NCBI GenBank assembly: GCA_964642835.1
Contig: CAZXQA010000001.1
Coordinates: 202,831 to 266,830 of the forward strand
Direction: 5' to 3'
From: an uncultured Candidatus Saccharibacteria bacterium
Lineage (GTDB): Bacteria > Patescibacteriota > Minisyncoccia > Phycocordibacterales > Zambryskibacteraceae
Length of the DNA stretch: 64,000 bases
The notes beneath the pieces are model-generated. The model had not been told where the DNA came from. It was given only the letters and a program-made list of their open reading frames with translations, and searched no databases. The position numbers were made by a program, and so were the translations under genes. Below are positions 27,993-37,977 of this stretch, piece by piece. Within the stretch, counting starts at the first letter, position 1. Every line of letters begins with the position of its first letter.

Positions 27993-30680
27993 ATGTTCCA
28001 ACCATCACTCATGCCCATCAACATCACGAAGCGCGACGGTACTAAGGAAGCTTTCAACGCCGATAAAATCAATCGCTCTATCGAACGCGCCGCTGCCGGA
28101 CTCTTTGACCCAGTGTCGAAGGTGATTCAGGTCGCGACGGAGACTCGTCTCACGCTCTACGATGGCATTACGACGAACGAAATCGATCAAGCGACCATCA
28201 GCGCCGCGATCCAGAACATTAAAGACGACCCGGAATACGACAAAATCGCGACGCGCCTGCTCGCGAAGATTATTTATAAGGGAGCCGTGGGGGAATATGA
28301 CGAAGACAAGGCAGGGGACTTGGATCTCAAGCACAAGGCCTACTTCCCGGAATATATCCGCAAGGCGGTCGCGGACGGTCGTCTCGACAAGCGCATGGCC
28401 GAAGTCTATGACTTAGAGGTTCTCGCGGACGCCATGGACTTAAAGCGCGACGAACTTCTCCAGTACACGGGCCTCTCAACGCTCTCGAGCCTCTACCTTC
28501 TCAAGGATGAGATGACCAACAAGTTCCTCGAGACGCCCCAGATCTTCTGGATGCGCGTCGCCATGGGTCTCTCCTTCAACGAAGCCGAGCCAACGCTCTG
28601 GGCCAAGCGTTTCTATGACAAGATGAGCCGATTGAGCTACATTCCTGGTACCTCGACGAACCTCGGCGCCGGCACGACGCATCCCGCGCTCTCCAACTGC
28701 TTCCTTATGGAAGTACACGACGACATGGCCCACATCTCGAAGTCCGTGGCTGACGTCATGATGCTCTCCAAGGGCTCTGGCGGCCTCGGAGTGGCGCTCA
28801 CCAAGCTCCGCGCGACGAACTCTCCACTCAAGTCTACAAACGGCCTCTCCTCGGGCCCGACGCCCTTCGCGAAGATCATGGACGTCGCCATTCATGCCAT
28901 CATGCGCGCCGGCAAACGCCGCGGCGCTCTTTGTTTCTACATGGAGAACTGGCACCTCGACTTCCCAGAATTCATCGACTGGAAGCACAACGCCGGTGAC
29001 GACCACATGCGTATGCGCACCGCGAACACGGCCGCTTACATTTCTGACGAATTCATGAACCGCGTGAAGTTGGAACAGGATTGGTACATGTTCGACCCGG
29101 CTGAGACCGCGGACTTGAACGAGCTCTACGGCGCCGCTTTCTCGGAGCGTTACAACCAGTACGTGGAAATGGCTGAGACAGGTAAGATGCGCGCCTTCAA
29201 GAAGATGCCAGCCAAGGAGCTCTACAGAAAGATGCTCGTCTCTCTCCAAACCACATCGCACCCATGGCTCGTCTGGAAGGACTCCATCAACGTTCGTGCT
29301 CTCAACAACAACTCCGGCACGATCCACATGTCGAACCTCTGCACGGAGATTACTCTTCCACAGGACCGCGACAACGTGGCCGTCTGCAACTTAGCTTCCA
29401 TTAATCTTGCCGCTCACGTCTCGAACAAAGAGATCAAGTGGCAGCGCCTCGAGGAGTCGACTCGTTTGGCTGTTCGCCAACTCGACAACCTCGTCGATAT
29501 TAACCAGCTCCCGATCCCAGAAGCCGTGAAGTCCGACAAGGAGAACCGTGCCATCGGCTTAGGTGTCATGGGTCTCTCGGATGTCTTGGAACAATTCGGC
29601 ATGGCCTATGACAGTCCGCACGCCTGGGACTTCACGGACCGCGTCTTCGAATTTATTTCCTACATGGCGATCGACGAGTCAGCCAACCTTGCTCGCGAGC
29701 GCGGCTCGTATCCAAACTTCGCTGGCTCCGGCTGGTCGAAGGGTATGGTACCGATCGACACCTTGAACAAGCTTGAGGAAGAACGTGGCCTCCCACTCTC
29801 CGTCGCCAAAGACAGCAAGCACAAGGGTCTCGATTGGGACATGCTTCGCACCAAGGTGAAGCAGGGCATGCGCCACGCGACCCTTATGGCCGTAGCGCCG
29901 AACGCAACGATTGGTCTCGTGGCTGGTACCGTGCCGGGCATGGATCCACGCTTCGCCCAGGTCTTCTCGAGAAACACGCTCTCCGGTAAGTACCTCGACA
30001 TCAACACAAACCTCGTGAAGGACTTGAGGAACCTCGGCCTGTGGGAGACGGTGGGGCCGAAGATTATTGAGCGCCAGGGTGATATCTCCAACATTGACGA
30101 GATCCCAGATCACTTGAAGGCTATCTACAAGACCTCCTTCACCACCTCGCCATACGCCTTTATCGAAGTAGCAGCTCGCGCTCAGAAGTGGGTCGACCAG
30201 GCTATCTCGCGCAACATGTATCTGGAAACTCGTGACATCGACGAGACGATGAAGATCTACACCGCCGCCTGGGACAAGGGTGTGAAGTCGACGTATTACC
30301 TCCACATGAAGCCGCGCCACACGGCTGAGCAGTCGACAGTGAAGGTTAATAAGTCCGAAATGACCGGCAAACGCGGCTTCGGTGCTATTGGTGAGCGCGC
30401 GGGAGACGCGGGACAACTCGTCATGCGCTCGGAGCCTAAGATCGAAGTGGTCGAGGCACCTGCTCCAGTTCTCTCTCCCGAAGTGATCCCCGTTGAGATG
30501 AGCGCGCCCGCGACGACCATTGTCATGACGGAAGTGAAGCCCGAGCCAGAGCTCCTTCAGCCGACGCAAGTCGTTGATGCTGTCGCAGCCGCTCAGGTTG
30601 CTCCCGCCCCGCGCCCTAAGGTGACTATCCACGGTCCGGAGGACCCGCAAGACGCGCTCTTGTGTGAAAGTTGCCAGTAA
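27993..30680 (+). CDS. nrdA: Ribonucleoside-diphosphate reductase alpha subunit with ATP cone
   Basis: KRDG ATP cone, SNCF, SNLCTEI, KSTYYL, C-terminal CESCQ. Confidence 0.95.
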   Translation: MFQPSLMPINITKRDGTKEAFNADKINRSIERAAAGLFDPVSKVIQVATETRLTLYDGITTNEIDQATISAAIQNIKDDPEYDKIATRLLAKIIYKGAVGEYDEDKAGDLDLKHKAYFPEYIRKAVADGRLDKRMAEVYDLEVLADAMDLKRDELLQYTGLSTLSSLYLLKDEMTNKFLETPQIFWMRVAMGLSFNEAEPTLWAKRFYDKMSRLSYIPGTSTNLGAGTTHPALSNCFLMEVHDDMAHISKSVADVMMLSKGSGGLGVALTKLRATNSPLKSTNGLSSGPTPFAKIMDVAIHAIMRAGKRRGALCFYMENWHLDFPEFIDWKHNAGDDHMRMRTANTAAYISDEFMNRVKLEQDWYMFDPAETADLNELYGAAFSERYNQYVEMAETGKMRAFKKMPAKELYRKMLVSLQTTSHPWLVWKDSINVRALNNNSGTIHMSNLCTEITLPQDRDNVAVCNLASINLAAHVSNKEIKWQRLEESTRLAVRQLDNLVDINQLPIPEAVKSDKENRAIGLGVMGLSDVLEQFGMAYDSPHAWDFTDRVFEFISYMAIDESANLARERGSYPNFAGSGWSKGMVPIDTLNKLEEERGLPLSVAKDSKHKGLDWDMLRTKVKQGMRHATLMAVAPNATIGLVAGTVPGMDPRFAQVFSRNTLSGKYLDINTNLVKDLRNLGLWETVGPKIIERQGDISNIDEIPDHLKAIYKTSFTTSPYAFIEVAARAQKWVDQAISRNMYLETRDIDETMKIYTAAWDKGVKSTYYLHMKPRHTAEQSTVKVNKSEMTGKRGFGAIGERAGDAGQLVMRSEPKIEVVEAPAPVLSPEVIPVEMSAPATTIVMTEVKPEPELLQPTQVVDAVAAAQVAPAPRPKVTIHGPEDPQDALLCESCQ

Positions 30681-30721
30681 TCTGGAAATTGTAAAATTAA
30701 AAATTGATAATTTAAAATCCC

Positions 30722-31732
30722 ATGGCTCTCATCGGCAAAGCGACTCCGGACGACATGAATCTTCACCCCATTCGCTACCAATGGGCATACGACCTTTACA
30801 ACCAGGCCGTGAGAAACACGTGGTTCCCGCACGAGATCGCGCTTCAAGAAGATCTCCAGGATTGGGGGAGAATGACTGAGGATGAGAAGCACGCCGTCAC
30901 CTTCCTCATGGCCTTCTTTAACCCAGCCGAGCTCATCGTGAACCGCTCGATCGCGCTCGGGATTTATCCATACTTAAAGTCGCCTGAGTGTCATCTCTAT
31001 CTCGCGAAGCAAATGTGGGAAGAGGCGAATCATTGCGTCTCCTTCGAGTACGTACTTGAGACTTTCCCCTTCGATAAGGAGAAGATCTTCAACCTTCACC
31101 TCGACGTGCCTTCGATGGTTGCCAAGGAAGCGTATATCAACAAGTTCTTGAAGCGCATGACGGAAGAGTCGCTCGATATCACGACACCAGAAGGCAAGAA
31201 GGACTTCATCCGGAACCTCGTCGCCACGAATATTGTCATGGAAGGCATCTGGTTCTACTCGGGCTTCATGGTAGCGCTCTCATTCCGCCAGCGAAACCAG
31301 CTCCGTAACTTCGGCTCCATGATCAACTGGGTTATCCGTGACGAGTCTCTCCACCTCAAGTTCGGTATTAACCTCGTCCACAACGTTCTTGAAGAAAACG
31401 CCGAGCTCCTCACTCAAGAATTCGCTGACGAGATTCGCGACCTCATTATCGAAGGAGTGAACTTGGAAACCGCCTACAACAAGGACCTCTTCCCAAACGG
31501 CATTCTCGGTCTCAACGCCGAATACGTGAACCAGTACGTTCAGTATGTCGCTGACCGCCGCCTCGAAGAGCTCGGGTTGCCAAAGCACTACGGCGCCACG
31601 AACCCAGCCAAGTGGATGGGCACCGCGACCGACGTCTTTGAGTTGGTAAACTTCTTCGAAAGTCAGAACACAAGCTACGAAGTAGATGCCCGCGCTCACA
31701 CCAAGGAGAAAAAGAATGAGGCGGCTCTCTAG
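30722..31732 (+). CDS. nrdB: Ribonucleotide reductase beta subunit (R2c-like)
   Basis: EEANH, MEGIWFYSGF, RDESLH, NFFE. Confidence 0.93.
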   Translation: MALIGKATPDDMNLHPIRYQWAYDLYNQAVRNTWFPHEIALQEDLQDWGRMTEDEKHAVTFLMAFFNPAELIVNRSIALGIYPYLKSPECHLYLAKQMWEEANHCVSFEYVLETFPFDKEKIFNLHLDVPSMVAKEAYINKFLKRMTEESLDITTPEGKKDFIRNLVATNIVMEGIWFYSGFMVALSFRQRNQLRNFGSMINWVIRDESLHLKFGINLVHNVLEENAELLTQEFADEIRDLIIEGVNLETAYNKDLFPNGILGLNAEYVNQYVQYVADRRLEELGLPKHYGATNPAKWMGTATDVFELVNFFESQNTSYEVDARAHTKEKKNEAAL

Positions 31733-31750
31733 CGTGATACAATCGAGACT

Positions 31751-32740
31751 ATGAAAAACATCAGAGTTGCTATCAACGGTATGGGTCGCATTGGTCGCGC
31801 CTTCTACAAGTTGGCCAAGGAACGTGAGGGGATTGAAGTCGTCGCCGTGAACGATCTGGGAGAGAAGGAGAACATCGCTTATCTCCTCGCCCACGACACC
31901 GTCTATGGCGCTTGGCCTGGCACCTTTGATGCTCAATTTATCTCCGAAAAAGATCCGGCGAAACTTCCGTGGAAAGATCTCAACGTCGACGTCGTGATCG
32001 AATCGACCGGCCTCTTCACGAGTTATGCCTCGGCTAAGGCCCACCTTGATGCCGGCGCCAAGCGTGTTGTCGTCACCGCTCCGATGAAGGACGATCCGAT
32101 CCCAGGTATTGAAGGCGCGACAGTCCTTATGGGAGTAAACGAGGAAAAGCTCGCGAGCTCCACTATCACCTCGAACGCTTCTTGCACGACCAACGCCGGC
32201 TCGCCACTCATCGCCATTCTCGACGAAGCTCTAGGAATAGAGAAGGCGCTCTTGAACACGACACATGGCTATACCGCCACGCAAGCCTTGGTCGACGGTC
32301 CATCGAAGAAGGGTTGGCGCGAAGGTCGCGCCGCCGCGCAAAACATCATCCCGTCCTCCACGGGCGCTGCCATCGCGGTGACGAAGGCTTTCCCCAAGCT
32401 CACCGGACTCTTTGATGGCATCTCCGTGCGCGTCCCGGTCCCAGCCGGATCCATTGTCGACATCACCTTTATTTCGAAAAGGAATACAACCGCCGAAGAG
32501 GTAAATAACATTCTCAAGCAGGCCGCGGAGGAGAAGCGCTGGGCTGGCATCTTTGCCGTTACCGAAGAAGAACTCGTCTCCTCGGACATCTTAGGCTCGC
32601 ACTATGGCTCCATTGCCGATCTCCAGATGACCCGTGTTGTCGGTGGCAATCTCGTCAAAGTTCTCGCCTGGTATGACAACGAGAGTGGGTATGCCCATAC
32701 ACTTCTTAGCCACGTGGAGAAACTGGGCGCTCTCGCGTAA
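31751..32740 (+). CDS. gap: Glyceraldehyde-3-phosphate dehydrogenase
   Basis: INGMGRIGR, SNASCTTN, WYDNE. Confidence 0.96.
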   Translation: MKNIRVAINGMGRIGRAFYKLAKEREGIEVVAVNDLGEKENIAYLLAHDTVYGAWPGTFDAQFISEKDPAKLPWKDLNVDVVIESTGLFTSYASAKAHLDAGAKRVVVTAPMKDDPIPGIEGATVLMGVNEEKLASSTITSNASCTTNAGSPLIAILDEALGIEKALLNTTHGYTATQALVDGPSKKGWREGRAAAQNIIPSSTGAAIAVTKAFPKLTGLFDGISVRVPVPAGSIVDITFISKRNTTAEEVNNILKQAAEEKRWAGIFAVTEEELVSSDILGSHYGSIADLQMTRVVGGNLVKVLAWYDNESGYAHTLLSHVEKLGALA

Positions 32741-32780
32741 GATCATGCATGAATAAAAAGAAGGTGGATATAAACTTTCT

Positions 32781-33221
32781 ATGAAAATTTATATTGGTTC
32801 CGACCATGCTGGTTTTGAATTAAAGGAGAAGCTCATTCCTTTTCTTCAAGAGCTCGGACATGAAGTGGAAGATAAGGGCGCCTTTACCTATGAGGCAGGA
32901 GACGACTACCCAGACTACGTCAAACCGGTAGCCGGAGCTGTCTCTCAAGATAAAGACGCGAAGGGGATTGTGCTTGGCGGCTCCGGAGAGGGGGAGGCCA
33001 TGGCCACCGAAGATGCTCCTGGCGTACGTACCGCTGTCTGGTACGGAGGAACTCTAGAAGTGGTGAGACTCTCTCGCGTGCACAACGACGCGAACATTCT
33101 CTCCCTCGGCGCCCGTTTTATAACTGAAGAAGAAGCCAAAGAAGCCGTGAAGCTCTGGCTCGAAACGCCTTTCTCCGGAGACGAGAGGCATGTGAGAAGG
33201 ATTGCTAAATTGGATCAATAA
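32781..33221 (+). CDS. rpiB: Ribose-5-phosphate isomerase B
   Basis: GSDHAG, DYPD, HNDAN, RHVRRI. Confidence 0.93.
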   Translation: MKIYIGSDHAGFELKEKLIPFLQELGHEVEDKGAFTYEAGDDYPDYVKPVAGAVSQDKDAKGIVLGGSGEGEAMATEDAPGVRTAVWYGGTLEVVRLSRVHNDANILSLGARFITEEEAKEAVKLWLETPFSGDERHVRRIAKLDQ

Positions 33222-33223
33222 CC

Positions 33224-33781
33224 ATGCACGAAATTATTCCCGCCGTTTTGGCTCGCACCGAAGAAGAGCTGAAGGAGCAGATTGCGAACTTGCCGCCCGA
33301 GATAACCTTCTTCCACTTCGACGTGCTCGAGGAAGACTTGTGGGCAGAGGCGAATCGCGACTTCGAAGTGCACCTTATGGTGCGTGAACCTGGACGAATT
33401 ATGGATAAGTGGATCGGTCGTGGCGCCAAGCGCCTGAGCATCCACGAGGTGAACCACAAGCTCGCCGGATATCGCGAACAGGCGGAGATCGGACTCGCCG
33501 TCGTGCTCCAGAAGCCGCTCGAAGAAGTGTATCCCTTCCTCGACTTCGTCGACTATGTGCATCTTATGAGTATCGCGGAAATAGGTGCGCAACATCATCC
33601 GCTCGATGAGAGAATCTTTGATAGAATTAAAGCCGTTCGTGAGAAATTCCCAACCCTTCCCATTTCCGTTGACGGTGGCATTACGCTCGAGAATTATCAG
33701 AAGCTTCTCGACTGCGGCGCTACCCGTCTTGTAGTGGGTTCTCACTTCACCGAACTATGGAACTCTCTCAAGAAAAACTAG
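33224..33781 (+). CDS. rpe: Ribulose-phosphate 3-epimerase
   Basis: HFDV, EVHLMV, SVDGG, LVVGS. Confidence 0.85.
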   Translation: MHEIIPAVLARTEEELKEQIANLPPEITFFHFDVLEEDLWAEANRDFEVHLMVREPGRIMDKWIGRGAKRLSIHEVNHKLAGYREQAEIGLAVVLQKPLEEVYPFLDFVDYVHLMSIAEIGAQHHPLDERIFDRIKAVREKFPTLPISVDGGITLENYQKLLDCGATRLVVGSHFTELWNSLKKN

Positions 33782-34623
33782 TTACTCTCGCGGAAAGGGC
33801 GAACGCCATCCGCATCTCCATCATTGAGATGCTCCTTGAGGCGAAGTCTGGCCACACCGCGGGCCCCTTAGACATGGCCGACATCTTTACTGTTCTCTTT
33901 TTCCATACACTTAGACACAATCCGAAGAAACCAGAATGGCCAGAGCGCGATCGCGTCATCTTAAGTAACGGGCACATCTGCCCGGTTTACTACGCGACAC
34001 TCGCTCACTCGGGCTATCTTCCACTTCAAGAGTTACAAACCTTGAGGAAGTTCGGCTCGCGCCTCCAAGGACACCCGCACCGCGCCTTCTTGCCACTTCT
34101 CGAGACAAGTTCCGGACCGTTGGGCTCTGGCCTCTCGCAAGCCGTCGGCATGGCCTTGGCGGACCGCATAGATAGAGGCCTCGTGAACGATCGCAGGATC
34201 TACTGCCTTATGTCGGATGGCGAACTGGAGGAAGGACAGAGCTGGGAGGCAGCCATGCTCGCGGGCAAGGAGAAGCTCTCAAACCTCGTCGCGGTCGTCG
34301 ACCGGAACAACATTCAGATCGACGGCTACACCGAAGACGTCATGCCGCTCGAATCTCTCTCCGACAAGTGGCGCGCCTGGAACTGGCATGTCATCGAGAT
34401 CGATGGGCACAATCTCGAAGAGATTGCCGACGCCTTCGAAGCGGCGAAGGGGATTCTTGAAAAACCGACCGTCATTATCGCTCACACCATTGCTGGCAAA
34501 GGCGTACCAGAATTCGAGCGTGATTACCGCTGGCACGGCAAACCGCCGAATAAGCAAGAAGCCGACCTCGCTCTTAAAGAACTGAGAACCCTCGGTGGCA
34601 AAATTAAATCTGAACACCAATAG
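33757..34623 (+). CDS. Transketolase N-terminal subunit
   Basis: SGH, DRVILSNGH, LQGHP, SDGELEEG. Confidence 0.93.
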   Translation: MELSQEKLVTLAERANAIRISIIEMLLEAKSGHTAGPLDMADIFTVLFFHTLRHNPKKPEWPERDRVILSNGHICPVYYATLAHSGYLPLQELQTLRKFGSRLQGHPHRAFLPLLETSSGPLGSGLSQAVGMALADRIDRGLVNDRRIYCLMSDGELEEGQSWEAAMLAGKEKLSNLVAVVDRNNIQIDGYTEDVMPLESLSDKWRAWNWHVIEIDGHNLEEIADAFEAAKGILEKPTVIIAHTIAGKGVPEFERDYRWHGKPPNKQEADLALKELRTLGGKIKSEHQ

Positions 34624-34633
34624 CTTTAAACGC

Positions 34634-35620
34634 ATGCTTAACCCTTCACAGAAATTAAATAAAAAGGTACTCGACGCGGATGTCGAGCAAGTACCGATCC
34701 GCAAAGGCTTCGGAGAAGGGTTGGTGATCGCGGGAGAAGCAGATAGCCGAGTCGTGGGACTCTGCGCCGACCTCACCGAGTCGACCACGATGAACCTCTT
34801 TAAAGAAAAGTTCCCGAAGCGCTTCATCGAGGTAGGAGTAGCAGAACAGAACATGGCCTCGGTCGCTTCTGGTATGGCCGCTATGGGGAAGATTCCCTTC
34901 ATCTCCTCCTACGCCATGTTCTCTCCAGGGAGGAATTGGGAACAAATCAGGACCACGATCTGCTACAACGACCGGCCGGTAAAGATTGCCGGTTCTCATG
35001 CCGGAATCTCCGTGGGTCCGGACGGTGGCACACACCAAGCCGTGGAGGACATTGCCATCACGCGCGTGATCCCAAACATGGTGGTCATCTCTCCTTGCGA
35101 CGCTCTTGAGGCAAAGCGCGCCACCATCGCCGCGGCGGCAACCAACACTCCGGTCTATATCCGTCTCGCTCGCGAGAAGACTCCTATCATCACCACGGAG
35201 AAAACTCCTTTCCACATCGGTCGCGCCGAAGTGTATTGGGAGCGCGAGAACGCGCAGGCAGGAATCATCGCCACGGGCGCGCTCGTCCACAAGGCACTCG
35301 AAGCCGCGCAAGAATTAGAAGGTGAGGGCGTCGCCGTCGAGGTCTTAAATCTCGCGACCGTGAAGCCGCTCGATGAGGTGGCCGTTCTCGAGTTCGCCAA
35401 ACGCAATAAGAGAATCGTCACCGTCGAAGAACACCAAGTCGCGGGGGGCATGGGCTCCGCCGTGGCAGAATACCTCGCCGAACACTATCCCGTACCCGTT
35501 CAATTCGTAGGCATTCGCGACGAATTCGGCCAGTCCGGTACGCCCGAGGAACTTCTCGCACACTTTGAACTCAACACGGAAAGTATAAAAGTGGCAGTCA
35601 AGAAAATTTTGAAAAAATAG
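34634..35620 (+). CDS. Transketolase C-terminal subunit
   Basis: GVAEQN, GPDGGTHQ, TVEEH. Confidence 0.93.
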   Translation: MLNPSQKLNKKVLDADVEQVPIRKGFGEGLVIAGEADSRVVGLCADLTESTTMNLFKEKFPKRFIEVGVAEQNMASVASGMAAMGKIPFISSYAMFSPGRNWEQIRTTICYNDRPVKIAGSHAGISVGPDGGTHQAVEDIAITRVIPNMVVISPCDALEAKRATIAAAATNTPVYIRLAREKTPIITTEKTPFHIGRAEVYWERENAQAGIIATGALVHKALEAAQELEGEGVAVEVLNLATVKPLDEVAVLEFAKRNKRIVTVEEHQVAGGMGSAVAEYLAEHYPVPVQFVGIRDEFGQSGTPEELLAHFELNTESIKVAVKKILKK

Positions 35621-35626
35621 AACAAG

Positions 35627-35661
35627 AAAAAGAGCGGAAGTCCCGTAGGACTTCCGCTCTT
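35627..35661. terminator. Bidirectional terminator
   Basis: AAGAGCGGAAGTCC-CGTA-GGACTTCCGCTCTT. Confidence 0.8.
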
Positions 35662-35683
35662 GTAACGGCCCGAGGCCGGCGTG

Positions 35684-36031
35684 TCAGCGTTGACGCAGGT
35701 AGCGGTGCGCGTCGTCGTCGAGCGGATGCGGATCGGCCATGCCGGCGCGCAGCTTCGTCAGGAACGTCGTATCGGTCATCGCGGCTTGGGCGTTCATTTT
35801 GAGCGCGATGGTGACGATCGAGTCGTTCTTCATGTCGGCAATGGCTTCGAACGTCAGCACGCCAACCATCTGGTCGGCGACGCTGACATCGAGAACCGGG
35901 TGCGCCGGCGCCGTGATCGCGGTCGTCATGAGAGAGGTGGGCAACGTGGCAGCAGAGGCAGAGGTGCTCAGCGCGGTCGAAGCAATCATCAATACGGCCA
36001 TCATGGCCAAGCAGTGAAGCAAGCGTTTCAT
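35684..36031 (-). CDS. Orphan secreted protein, SD-led
   Basis: TTGACA-17-TAATTT (36125-36097), hairpin leader, AGAAGGAG SD, signal peptide ending ASA. Confidence 0.65.
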   Translation of the reverse strand: MKRLLHCLAMMAVLMIASTALSTSASAATLPTSLMTTAITAPAHPVLDVSVADQMVGVLTFEAIADMKNDSIVTIALKMNAQAAMTDTTFLTKLRAGMADPHPLDDDAHRYLRQR

Positions 36032-36126
36032 CGTGAGGCTCCTTCTGTGGATGGTTGGTTTTCGTACCAACACCGATCCATGCGGTGTCTACGTAAAAAT
36101 TATCACACACTACTTTTCATGTCAAA

Positions 36127-37092
36127 TCAAAATCCTATGGGAGCATTCTTTACGTATTCCTCGATCTTTTCTTTATTCAAAAGTCCTTTCTGAGCGCCCA
36201 CATACTGAACAACGGACATTGAGTTTACGGCCCCCCACTTGAGCGCAGTTTGAAGGTCTTGCCCTAACGCAAGTGCGGCAACCGTGGTCGAGGCGAAGGC
36301 GTCACCCGCGCCGGTGCGCTCGAACGGTGGCTTCGGATCAGGATAGGGAAGCTGGGTGTAGAAATTCTCTCCGTCGTAAGCATAGGCGCCCTTGGGACCA
36401 TCGGTAATGACGACCGTCTTCGGCCCTAAGGCATGCACTCTTTTCAACAATTCGTTCACCCCTAAGGTTTGCATGCCGAGAATCTCTCCCGCCTCCTCGA
36501 CATTGCAAAAGAAGATATCGGTGCGAGCGTAGATTTCTCTCAGCGCTTCTACACCAAAGGTGATCTGGAAGATGCCAGGCTGGAAAGCGAGCTTTGTCTC
36601 CGGGTGCTCACGAAGAAAGGCGGCAATCTCCATGTGAAATGGAAGCGAATTCTCGCCGAGCGAGGTGAGATAGAGCCACGCGGGAGCCGCCATCTTTGGC
36701 AAGGTATAGGGGAAGTGGCTGTGCTTCTGCAGAATGGTGCGTTCGTCTTCGTACCAGAGCACGTAGTGGTAATTGGTATCCAATCCTTCGTTCACCTTCA
36801 CAAACTGGGTAGAAACATTTTCCTGCTTTAGGCGCTCAATACACTTCGCGCCATTCGTGTCACTCCCCACATTGGCCACCAAGGCACTTGAGAGACCGAG
36901 ACGAGCAGCCGCCACCGCGGCGTTACTGGCATTAGCAACCGCGGGGATCTCTTCGGCGGATTCAAAGGGCACTTTCGCGGCGGCAGGAAGAGAGACCGTG
37001 CCCTTCGTTTTGTCGAGCGTGACGTGAGCCTCCTTTCCAAGACGAATGAAGGCGTCTATGGTTGTCTCTCCGATCGCAAGGAAGTCGTTCAT
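36127..37092 (-). CDS. PfkB family carbohydrate kinase
   Basis: NAAVAAARLG, ITDGPKGA, ERTGAGDAF. Confidence 0.92.
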   Translation of the reverse strand: MNDFLAIGETTIDAFIRLGKEAHVTLDKTKGTVSLPAAAKVPFESAEEIPAVANASNAAVAAARLGLSSALVANVGSDTNGAKCIERLKQENVSTQFVKVNEGLDTNYHYVLWYEDERTILQKHSHFPYTLPKMAAPAWLYLTSLGENSLPFHMEIAAFLREHPETKLAFQPGIFQITFGVEALREIYARTDIFFCNVEEAGEILGMQTLGVNELLKRVHALGPKTVVITDGPKGAYAYDGENFYTQLPYPDPKPPFERTGAGDAFASTTVAALALGQDLQTALKWGAVNSMSVVQYVGAQKGLLNKEKIEEYVKNAPIGF

Positions 37093-37125
37093 GTGGAGAA
37101 ATTATATCATGCTAAAATAATGCAC

Positions 37126-37977
37126 ATGAAAACTCTCAAAGATTATCTCGCCTGGGCCAAAGAAAAGAACGTCGCCATCGGACACTTCAACGTCTCTGAC
37201 TCGGAAGGCTTCAACGCAGTGACTTCAGCAGCGACAGAGCTTGGTGTCCCGGTTATTATCGGAGTTTCCGAAGGAGAGCGCTCATTCCTCGGCGTGGCCG
37301 AGATTCGTGCCTTGGTTTCTGTCGAGCAGAGTAAGGGTCTGCCGATCTTTCTGAACGCTGACCACACATATACCATCCCCGCTTCCATGGAAGCAGTGGA
37401 TCAGAAGTTCGACGCGCTCATTATCGACGGCGCGGAGAAGCCCTTCGGCGAGAATGTGGCCATGACTCAAGAAGTGGTCCGCTATGCTCGCGAGCATCAC
37501 CCGAGCATGCTCGTCGAGGGCGAGCTCGGCTTCATTGGCCAAGGCTCCTCTCTCCATGACGAGATCCCCGAAGGCGTCTCCGAAGAGACGCAGACAACAC
37601 CGGAAGACGCGATCGAGTTTATCAAACAGACTGGCGTCGACCTCTTCGCGCCCTCTGTCGGGAACATCCACGGTCTTATCAAAACCGGTGAGCCAAAGTT
37701 AAATATTGAACGCGTGAAGGCCATTGCCGACGCTGTCTCCGTGCCTCTCGTCCTCCACGGTGCTTCGGGGAACACAGATGAAGATATTAAGAGCGCCATT
37801 GCCGCTGGCATCCGCATCGTCCACATCAACACTGAGCTTCGTCTAGCGTACAAAGAGGGGGTGAAGAAATCTGTCATGTCTTCCGACGAAGTGGCGCCGT
37901 ACAAATTTATGGCAGAAGGGGTGGAAGCTATGAAGGCCCTCGTCACCGCTAAGCTTAAAGTCTTTAATGGACTCTAA
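37126..37977 (+). CDS. fba: Class II fructose-bisphosphate aldolase
   Basis: NADH, VEGELG, GNIHG, LVLHGASG, HINTE. Confidence 0.92.
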   Translation: MKTLKDYLAWAKEKNVAIGHFNVSDSEGFNAVTSAATELGVPVIIGVSEGERSFLGVAEIRALVSVEQSKGLPIFLNADHTYTIPASMEAVDQKFDALIIDGAEKPFGENVAMTQEVVRYAREHHPSMLVEGELGFIGQGSSLHDEIPEGVSEETQTTPEDAIEFIKQTGVDLFAPSVGNIHGLIKTGEPKLNIERVKAIADAVSVPLVLHGASGNTDEDIKSAIAAGIRIVHINTELRLAYKEGVKKSVMSSDEVAPYKFMAEGVEAMKALVTAKLKVFNGL

